Assembly (NCBI GenBank): GCA_903830945.1
Contig: CAIKVT010000026.1
Location: 19,823 to 83,822, forward strand
DNA: 64,000 nucleotides
Direction: 5' to 3'
Origin: an uncultured Elusimicrobia bacterium
GTDB lineage: Bacteria; Elusimicrobiota; Elusimicrobia; UBA1565; UBA9628
A model generated the notes under the pieces. It did no database searches and was not told where the DNA came from. It was given only the letters and a program-made list of their open reading frames with translations. Positions 54,408-62,050 of this stretch are shown here, piece by piece. The position numbers and the translations under genes were made by a program. Within the stretch, counting starts at the first letter, position 1, and the number at the start of each line of letters is the position of its first letter.

Positions 54408-57400
54408 GTGGCGGAGAAAGAGCGCATGAACCTCCGAAAACTGCCCCTGGCGACATTTCTCCTCATCGTCTTCGCAGCGTCCCGCCTGGATGCGCTGCCG
54501 GTCTGGGACAACTTCCAGATCGAGCACTGCCAAGGCGCCACGGCGACGAGCGACGACCCGACCAATGCCACGGTATACACCACGCAGCCGGCCTGGTACT
54601 TCGACGTGCAATCGGCCTCTCCCGGCCTGATGGGAGGAACTCCCTCCGTCAACCTATCGACGAACACGGCCCCCAATCCCTTCACGGCGACCTCCCACAC
54701 CCAAGCCTTGTTCCACATGGACGATGCCCCGGCGAACGGGACCTTGCTCGACTCATCGTTGAGCGGTCATGTGCTCACCTTGAACAAAACGCAGCCAGTC
54801 ACGCCGATCTTGCCAGACAGCAGCCCGTTCCCATCCGGCGGCAACTACCTTTCCTTCAGCGTCGCCAACTCCTCCTCCCTGATCTCGGGCCTCGACACCT
54901 TCTTCGAGTACGGCTCATTCTCAGTCGAAACCTGGTTCCGGGACCCTCCTGCCGCCAACTGGGGCGGCATCCTGAGTCAGTGCAAGGATACATATAAATA
55001 CCCCGATGAAAAATGCCTGCAAATCCTCGCCAAAGGCAAACAGCTAAGGTTCGGATTCGGCAATAACCATGAGGTGCCAGGGGATATGAGTGGTGATTAT
55101 GGGAGTGGAAAGGGGACTGCGGGCGATTATCTCACAGCCACGACGGGCAACAGCAACGATGGGAATTGGCATTACTTGGCGTGCACATATGACTTCTCCG
55201 GAAGGACATTGCACATCTATGTGGATGGCAACTCGGTCAGCAGCGGTACAACCCCATCAACCATCGTCTACACCGGCACAGGCACAACCCATCTGGGCAC
55301 AGTGCAGGCATACACATCGACCGAGCACTACACCGGCGACTTAGACGAACTCCGAATCCTCAACTACACGCTCAGTCCCACGGAAGTCGCGGCCCATTAT
55401 TTTGGCCAGGCCCATCAGCTTGAGCCAGGCTTGTTCCATAGCGGGCCGTACATTCCCCACGGCATCACCACCAAAGGGCGGATAAGATACAGCTTCGGGG
55501 ACATGACAAAGACCGGCTTCCCCTTCAGCGCCAGCCCCTTTGTGATCGCCGAGGATATCAGCGAGGACCTGGGTGTCCACGATATCCACCTCGCCTACTC
55601 CGGCACCCTGCCCCCGCCGCCCCAGCCCACGGCCACCTTCGTCGGCTACTCATCGATCACATTGGACTGGTCGAGCTACCTCTGCAACACCTATACCTGC
55701 GCAACCCCGCCCTGCTCCCAACACCCCTATGACAACACCACGTACAGGATCACGCCCGGCCCCGGTTCCCCGCAGAGCGTGCCCACTTACACCGCCTCCG
55801 GCTTGACGCCCAACACGCTCCACAGCTTTTCCATCACCGCGACATATACGGACAACGGAGCTTCCGGCGGCACGATCATCTCAAACGCTTCTCCCGCCGC
55901 CATCGTCAGGACCTTGGCCGCGCCGCCCATCGGTTTTTCGACCGCGACTCCCACCGGGCCCACCTCGGTCAACCTCGCCATCAGCATCTACCCCAATCCT
56001 GCCGGCACGCTTTGCGAGGTCTTGGCCAAACAGAACGGCGTCTACACCCCGGTGACTTCTTACCAGCCGATCACCGAGGACGGGGTCCACAACGTCTTGT
56101 CCATCGGCGCTCCTCTGATCACAAAATCGGCCCACTACGTCTTCGCGATCAACTGCAAGAACGACGCTGGCGTCCTCGGGGCCAGAGGCCCCGATTCCGC
56201 CGGGGATCCTCCCGCGAGCCTCGTCTCCCAACCCGACACCCCGACAGGCTTGGCAGGCAACGCGACCGCAGACCCCATCAGCTGCCCCAAAACCTCTATC
56301 AACTGGAGCTGGAACCCAGTAAAGATGGGCAGTGTTTATCCCACTCCCAGCTCGGCCACCACCGCCTACCAGGTGTCCGTGATGAACGCCAACGGCTCCG
56401 TCGGGTCCGTCATGTGCAGCGCCAACTCGATGGCGACTTGCCTCGAAACGGGATTATCGCCCGGGACCAACTATTCACGCGTCGTTCAGGCCCAAGACCC
56501 CGGCGCCTACACGCAGTGGAGCGACACCTCGACAACCACCAGCGCCAGCCCCACCGGGAACTACACCGACGCCCCAACGAACTCATCCGGGACTCCAACT
56601 ACGGCGACCCAGATCCAATGGCACTGGACCCAGCCCCCCAACATCTGCGCCTCGTTCGAATACGACATCATAGACGCGCAGACGGGGACCCCGCTGGCCA
56701 CGGTCGGCGACCGTACCGCGCCCTTTCCGGCGTCTTGCCCCACCAATGCCAGCGGCGGCTGCCCGCCCAATACTTGGACTCAGAACAGCCTCCCGATCAA
56801 CACCTTCCACTCCATCCGAGTGCAGGCCTTGGACAACTACGCCGCCAGCCAACTCTCGCCTTCCGCCAGCGCCTACACCCTGGCCGATGTTCCCACCAAC
56901 CTGACCGCCGCTTATGTCTCCACAGGCTCCTTGCTGCTGCAATGGAACAGCACCAATCCTAACTACACCCGCTTCGAAGTATCCCTGTCGCCGATCAACG
57001 ACCTGGGCCAGCCCGTCTCATTCTCGACTCTCACCCACATCTCCGACAACTGGACGGCGCTCAACCTGCCAATCCACGGCCTCAATGCCGGCTCCACCTA
57101 TTACTTCAGAGTGCGCGCAGCCAACGGCCGCGCCCAAGACAACTTCGGAGGGCTGCTGACCGACTTCGCGATCCTCGCATCAACGATCACCCTGCCGCCG
57201 CCGCCGACTCTGACCGGGACCGGGATGGCTGCCGACACCGTGCAATGGACTTGGAGCACCGTCACCGGGGCCTCGGGATATCGGCTCGTCAACGACGCGG
57301 GCGTGCCGATCCTAGACAATCCCAAAACGGCTCAACTATCCGTCTCCTCCGGCCCGTTCCTCCCCAACGCGACCTGCGGGGCCAAGATCGCCGCCTACAA

Positions 57401-59258
57401 CTCAAACGCCGGCCTGGGGCCCTATTCCGCGCCTGTCTACACCTTCACCTGGGCTGCCACTCCCGGCGCTCCCGGGGTCGTAGGGGTCACCAGCAACACG
57501 GTGAGCCTCTCCTGGAGCCCCAACGGCAACGCCTCCTACACCTTCTATGAGATCGTCCTGGCCACGGACTCCGCTTACGGCGTGGTGGTGACAACGGTCA
57601 ACGTCATGAGCACCACCACCGTCATCGGGGGCCTGTTCCCCAGCGCCACCTATTACGCGCGCGTGCTAGCCATCAATGGCTCGCAACAGGCGACCACTTT
57701 CGTCACGGCGAGCTCGACCTGCACGAATTCCGACCCTGCGGTGACCCGCTCCTCGGCCCCGGCCTCTCCCTACGCGATCGCGCCCGGACTCGTCGGCCTC
57801 TGGCACCTCGACGAGGCCTCCGGGACCTGGGCCGGCGACGCCTCAGCCTGGGGCAACACCGGCCAGCTGACCGGCAGCGCGTCCAACTCGACTCCGACCT
57901 TCACCACGGACGCACCGCTTGGCCTCGGCCACGCGGTCTCCTTCTCGGGCATGCGCAGCTCCCTGCTGAGCATCCCGGACGCAAGCCAATACGACGGATT
58001 GGGCGGCTCGATGACGGTCAGTGCCTGGGTCAAGCCCGCCACCAGCGCGCAGCCCGACGGCACGGGACTCGTCGCCAAAGGGCTCTGGGGCCACGAGTCC
58101 TTCGGCCTCGACCTCGTCTCCGTATCGGGCGCGCCGCGCTACCGCTTCCAGGTGAAGCTCAACGGCGGAGGCACCGCGGCCGCCATCGCCGCCACCCCGG
58201 TCCGAACCGGGCAATGGGACATGGTCACCGGGGTCTTCGACGGCGATGCCGCGGCCAACGTCACGCTCTACATCAACGGCATATTCGCCGGCAGTTCCAC
58301 CACCGGCGGGCTGATGCGCGAGATCAACGCGGAGCCCATCGCTCTAGGCAACCGCAAGGACGCCTCCGCCAACTACAATCTGGGCTTCTCCGGAATCATC
58401 GACGACATCCGCATGGTCAACGGCGCCTTGAATGCCGCGGGAGCCGCGAGCCTCTACCGCAGCTACTTCCCGACCCAGCTCGCGCCGCCCGGAGTCAACA
58501 GCTCCGTCCGGCTGCTCCTGCCTCCCAACGCCTTCCCTTCGGCGGCCAGCATCTATATGAGCGACGATCCCGTCAACCACCCGCTGCGGGTCCCCTACAG
58601 CCTCCTGTCCCAAGCTCTCTTGCGGATGCCCACGGGGCAGATGCTCATGCCGCCCTCCCCGACCTATCCGACCCTGGTGGAGATCGTACCGACCTTGGAC
58701 GGCGTGAACTATTTCAACGGCCCCCTGGGCTCCTCCGCGACATTGTCCTTACCCTACGCGGATGCCGACGGCGACGGCATCCTAGACGGATCCAACCCTC
58801 CGGTGCCGGTGACCAAGCTGCAGCTCTACACCTTGGACGCCTCGGTCCTGGCCTGGAACGCCCTGCCCACCACCGTGGACACGGCGGCCAAAAGGGTCTC
58901 GGCCCCAGTATCTCATTTTTCCATCTTCGCGCTCTTCGGCGCGGCCTCCTTCGGTCAGTCCGCGGCCGATGTCCGGATCTACCCCATCCCCTGGAAATGG
59001 GGCTCCTCAGACCCACGCTTCGGGGCTCCAAAGTTGACCTTCGATCATCTGCCCACCTCGGGATCTATCCGCATCCTGACCCTCTCCGGAGAGAAAGTCA
59101 TCGATCTCCCGATCTCCAGCACGGACGTGCCCCCGGGCACCAAGACCTGGGACGGCCGCAATGCGGCCGGCAAGGCCGTGGCCAGCGGAGTCTATTTTGC
59201 CCAGATCAGGCCGGCGCTGGGCGGCGATCGGATCGTGAAATTCGCGATCGAGAAATGA
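54408..59258 (+). CDS. Large secreted adhesin/lectin-like protein with two Laminin-G_3 (concanavalin-like) domains, multiple FN3/Ig-like repeats and a C-terminal type-IX-secretion (Por_Secre_tail / FlgD-like) sorting domain
   Basis: Signal peptide (MNLRKLPLATFLLIVFAASRLDA; start 54408 or 54426). LamG_3-like blocks: SVETWF...NWHYLACTYD...LHIYVDG...DELRILNYTLS and MTVSAWVKP...WDMVTGVFD...LYINGIF...DDIRMVNGAL. Repeated ~90-aa Thr/Ser-rich beta modules. The last ~85 aa (IYPIPWKW...IRILTLSGEKV...WDGRNAAGKAVASGVYFAQIRPALGGDRIVKFAIEK) match the classic T9SS type-A CTD pattern. Confidence 0.75.
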   Translation: MAEKERMNLRKLPLATFLLIVFAASRLDALPVWDNFQIEHCQGATATSDDPTNATVYTTQPAWYFDVQSASPGLMGGTPSVNLSTNTAPNPFTATSHTQALFHMDDAPANGTLLDSSLSGHVLTLNKTQPVTPILPDSSPFPSGGNYLSFSVANSSSLISGLDTFFEYGSFSVETWFRDPPAANWGGILSQCKDTYKYPDEKCLQILAKGKQLRFGFGNNHEVPGDMSGDYGSGKGTAGDYLTATTGNSNDGNWHYLACTYDFSGRTLHIYVDGNSVSSGTTPSTIVYTGTGTTHLGTVQAYTSTEHYTGDLDELRILNYTLSPTEVAAHYFGQAHQLEPGLFHSGPYIPHGITTKGRIRYSFGDMTKTGFPFSASPFVIAEDISEDLGVHDIHLAYSGTLPPPPQPTATFVGYSSITLDWSSYLCNTYTCATPPCSQHPYDNTTYRITPGPGSPQSVPTYTASGLTPNTLHSFSITATYTDNGASGGTIISNASPAAIVRTLAAPPIGFSTATPTGPTSVNLAISIYPNPAGTLCEVLAKQNGVYTPVTSYQPITEDGVHNVLSIGAPLITKSAHYVFAINCKNDAGVLGARGPDSAGDPPASLVSQPDTPTGLAGNATADPISCPKTSINWSWNPVKMGSVYPTPSSATTAYQVSVMNANGSVGSVMCSANSMATCLETGLSPGTNYSRVVQAQDPGAYTQWSDTSTTTSASPTGNYTDAPTNSSGTPTTATQIQWHWTQPPNICASFEYDIIDAQTGTPLATVGDRTAPFPASCPTNASGGCPPNTWTQNSLPINTFHSIRVQALDNYAASQLSPSASAYTLADVPTNLTAAYVSTGSLLLQWNSTNPNYTRFEVSLSPINDLGQPVSFSTLTHISDNWTALNLPIHGLNAGSTYYFRVRAANGRAQDNFGGLLTDFAILASTITLPPPPTLTGTGMAADTVQWTWSTVTGASGYRLVNDAGVPILDNPKTAQLSVSSGPFLPNATCGAKIAAYNSNAGLGPYSAPVYTFTWAATPGAPGVVGVTSNTVSLSWSPNGNASYTFYEIVLATDSAYGVVVTTVNVMSTTTVIGGLFPSATYYARVLAINGSQQATTFVTASSTCTNSDPAVTRSSAPASPYAIAPGLVGLWHLDEASGTWAGDASAWGNTGQLTGSASNSTPTFTTDAPLGLGHAVSFSGMRSSLLSIPDASQYDGLGGSMTVSAWVKPATSAQPDGTGLVAKGLWGHESFGLDLVSVSGAPRYRFQVKLNGGGTAAAIAATPVRTGQWDMVTGVFDGDAAANVTLYINGIFAGSSTTGGLMREINAEPIALGNRKDASANYNLGFSGIIDDIRMVNGALNAAGAASLYRSYFPTQLAPPGVNSSVRLLLPPNAFPSAASIYMSDDPVNHPLRVPYSLLSQALLRMPTGQMLMPPSPTYPTLVEIVPTLDGVNYFNGPLGSSATLSLPYADADGDGILDGSNPPVPVTKLQLYTLDASVLAWNALPTTVDTAAKRVSAPVSHFSIFALFGAASFGQSAADVRIYPIPWKWGSSDPRFGAPKLTFDHLPTSGSIRILTLSGEKVIDLPISSTDVPPGTKTWDGRNAAGKAVASGVYFAQIRPALGGDRIVKFAIEK

Positions 59259-59259
59259 A

Positions 59260-60246
59260 ATGAAGCGCGCCTTTGCCCTGACGGCGACGTTGGCGCTGGC
59301 CGGAGCGGTCTGCGTCCCTGAAGCAGGCGCCGCGTTCAACAACAACGACGCGGGCACCTCCGCCGCACAGTTCCTGAAGCTCGGCGCCGACGCGCGCTCC
59401 GCCGGGATGGGCCAGGCCGCGCGCGCCCTGTGCGAAGATGCCAACGCCGTCTATTGGAACCCGGCCGGGCTGGCAGCCTTGAGCTACCGCCAAACGACCC
59501 TCACCCACGCCGCCTATTATCAATCCACCTTCTATGAATTTTTGGCCTACGCCCAGCCCATAGACTCGATCTTGGGACGCAACCGCCGTGAGCTGGAGAC
59601 CAACCAGTTGGGCGCCGTGGGCGTGGGCGTGCTCTACCTCAACTCCGGCCAACTCCAAGAGGTCGACAACACGGGCACGGCCACCGGCGGCAGATTCACC
59701 CCACAGGATTTCGCGGCCATGTTGGCCTGGGGCGGGGCCTTGACCCGTGACCTCGACGTAGGGATAGGCGTCAAGTACGTCTCCTCCCGCATCGAGGACA
59801 CCGCATCGACCGGCGCGGCCGACTTCGGCGTCCGGCTGCGTGAGCATCCCGGCGGCATGCCCTACACGATGGCGCTAAGCCTCCACAACCTCGGAGGCCG
59901 CCTCAAATTCAACCTGCAGAGCGACCCGCTTCCCCTACAGCTGGCGTTCAGCCAGAGCCTGCGGCCGACCCGGAACATTTCCTTAAGCATGGACGTGGTG
60001 GCTCCCCGGGACAACCGCGTCTATCCCGCCTTCGGCGCGGAGTTCCGCAGCGCGGTGGGGCCCAACTTGTCGGCCGCGGTGAGGCTGGGCTACGAAGGCC
60101 GGACCATGTCATCGGGTCTATCCTCCCTGACGGGGATGGGCTTGGGCGCGGGACTGGGGATGGCGCGCTTCTCCCTGGATTACGCCTGGATGCCTTACGG
60201 CCTGCTGGGCGACACGCACCGTTTCACGCTCTCCTACCGGTTCTAA
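59260..60246 (+). CDS. PorV-like outer-membrane beta-barrel protein (PorV/PorQ/UPF0164 superfamily), paralog 2
   Basis: Signal peptide MKRAFALTATLALAGAVCVPEAGA, N-terminal motif AAQFLKLGADARSAGMGQAARA...DANAVYWNPAGLA, alternating-hydrophobic beta strands, and a C-terminal ...TLSYRF. Starts 2 nt after the cargo stop. Confidence 0.6.
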   Translation: MKRAFALTATLALAGAVCVPEAGAAFNNNDAGTSAAQFLKLGADARSAGMGQAARALCEDANAVYWNPAGLAALSYRQTTLTHAAYYQSTFYEFLAYAQPIDSILGRNRRELETNQLGAVGVGVLYLNSGQLQEVDNTGTATGGRFTPQDFAAMLAWGGALTRDLDVGIGVKYVSSRIEDTASTGAADFGVRLREHPGGMPYTMALSLHNLGGRLKFNLQSDPLPLQLAFSQSLRPTRNISLSMDVVAPRDNRVYPAFGAEFRSAVGPNLSAAVRLGYEGRTMSSGLSSLTGMGLGAGLGMARFSLDYAWMPYGLLGDTHRFTLSYRF

Positions 60247-60266
60247 ATTAGCTAGAATCATCCGCG

Positions 60267-61241
60267 ATGTCCAAGCGAGTCCTCGTAACCGGCTGCTCCG
60301 GCTATCTGGGACGACTGCTTGTGGCCCGGCTGCTCGAGAACCCCTTGGTGGCTTGCGTCATCGGGATGGATGCGACCGACCCAGGCCTGCCGGCCCATCC
60401 AAAGCTCCGCACCGTGAACGCGGACGTCCGCGACGAATATTTCCTGCGCAACGTCCTAGAGGAGGAATCCGTCGACGCCGTGTTTCACATGGCCTTCCTC
60501 AACGCGGACGACGTCGACGACGTCCGGGCCCGCGAGACCAACGTGCACGGAACCATCGTGGTCCTCGAAGCGGCAGACAAAAGCCCGCGGGTGCAGCGGC
60601 TCGTCATCGCCGGCTCGACTGCGGCCTACGGAGCCCGCCGCGGCAATGTGCGCCTACTGACCGAGACGCACCGCCTGCGCGCCGCGGGTCTGGCCTACGC
60701 GGTGCACAAGCGCCACATCGAGGAGGAGCTGGCCAAGGCCATGCCTCAGGTCCGGAGCAGTCTTCAGGTAGCGGTCTTGCGTCTGTGCACGGTGGTGGGG
60801 CCCGGAGAGCGGCCCGGAGGCCCAGTCCACCGTTTCTGCCGCCTGCCCTTCACGGTATCAGCGCTCGGCCGTCAGGGCGCGCTGCAGTTCCTCAGCGAGT
60901 CCGACGCCTTGGAGGCCTTCTGCCGCGTCTTGGAGGCGGCCCAACTGCGCGGGGCATTCAATGTAGTCCCGGATGATTCGGTCCCCTTTTCGCAGATTTG
61001 CCACGAGCTGGCAAAACTGCGCATACCGGTGCCCCTATCCTGGCTCTGGCTGGGACTTTGGCTGGGCCGGCGGCTCTTCAAGACCACCATCCCCGAGGGC
61101 ATCGCTTCCTATCTGGCCTATCCGGTCGTAGCCTCCAACCAGAAGTTCAAGGAGGCGATGGGCTTTATCCCGGCCCACGGCTCTCTGGAAGCCCTGCTGA
61201 CCTGCGCCAGAGGATTGACGACTCCGCAGGCGATGCAATAG
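60267..61241 (+). CDS. NAD-dependent epimerase/dehydratase family protein (SDR)
   Basis: VLVTGCSGYLG Rossmann motif and a YxxxK-type catalytic region; 324 aa. Confidence 0.8.
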   Translation: MSKRVLVTGCSGYLGRLLVARLLENPLVACVIGMDATDPGLPAHPKLRTVNADVRDEYFLRNVLEEESVDAVFHMAFLNADDVDDVRARETNVHGTIVVLEAADKSPRVQRLVIAGSTAAYGARRGNVRLLTETHRLRAAGLAYAVHKRHIEEELAKAMPQVRSSLQVAVLRLCTVVGPGERPGGPVHRFCRLPFTVSALGRQGALQFLSESDALEAFCRVLEAAQLRGAFNVVPDDSVPFSQICHELAKLRIPVPLSWLWLGLWLGRRLFKTTIPEGIASYLAYPVVASNQKFKEAMGFIPAHGSLEALLTCARGLTTPQAMQ

Positions 61242-61261
61242 AATATGAGTGTCGTACTAAC

Positions 61262-61332
61262 GCGGGCGTGGTTCAATGGTAGAACGGGAGCTTCCCAAGC
61301 TCTAAACGAGGGTTCGATTCCCTTCGCCCGCT
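61262..61332 (+). tRNA. tRNA-Gly (anticodon CCC), CCA not encoded
   Basis: GCGGGCG acceptor, GTTC/GAAC D stem, anticodon loop TTCCCAA, T loop TTCGATT, discriminator T. Confidence 0.85.
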
Positions 61333-61423
61333 CGTTTTCTCTTCGGAGATTGCCTTCCTGACTTAGCCGCACGACGGAGTCTGGATATTTTGTAAAGTCT
61401 GGACATATGGGAGGATTCCATCT

Positions 61424-62002
61424 ATGATTCGCCGGCATGGTGTCTTTGGTGAGCTTGGCTGGCAAGCGAGATCCGTCTGCCTCATCGGTAGTGCGATAGT
61501 GGTTCTGGGTCTCGCCAGCTGCGCCACGTGGCAGGGATTCAACACTCCCACCGGCCAGTCCGGAGTCACGATTCGGGGCGTCACGAAGCAGCAGGTCTCC
61601 GACGTCCTCCAGGAGCGCCTCTTCAATAGGGGCTGGAAGATCGAGACCGTGAACGACCGCACAGTGATCGCATCCAAGCAGAGGAGGAATAACGCCACCG
61701 GATCGCAGATCGGCTCGCGTTCCGATTCCGTCACTGACGGGCGCGTGACTTATAATTTGCTCGATGTTAAGGGCGGCATCCGGGTCGTCGCTAAACTCGA
61801 AATCATCATGAATCCAGGGACGGAATCAGAACAAGTCACGGATGCGACAAATACCGAGTCAGGGGCTAATATGCGGGACACTCTCCGAGAGATATCCGCA
61901 GCACTCTCGGAGAAGCAGGCTGCCACTAAAACGACAGGACTGCCTCGGATTCCGGTCAAGGATGGGACGCTTGAGCTTTCCCCACAAAAAAACACGCCGT
62001 AG
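61424..62002 (+). CDS. Hypothetical lipoprotein (lower-GC gene downstream of tRNA-Gly)
   Basis: Lipobox LGLASC; no recognisable domains; GC ~50% against ~65% in the flanks. Confidence 0.4.
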   Translation: MIRRHGVFGELGWQARSVCLIGSAIVVLGLASCATWQGFNTPTGQSGVTIRGVTKQQVSDVLQERLFNRGWKIETVNDRTVIASKQRRNNATGSQIGSRSDSVTDGRVTYNLLDVKGGIRVVAKLEIIMNPGTESEQVTDATNTESGANMRDTLREISAALSEKQAATKTTGLPRIPVKDGTLELSPQKNTP

Positions 62003-62050
62003 GCCAACGGACTGTCGGGACGACGCAACGGCTTTGCACGCAATCCTATC

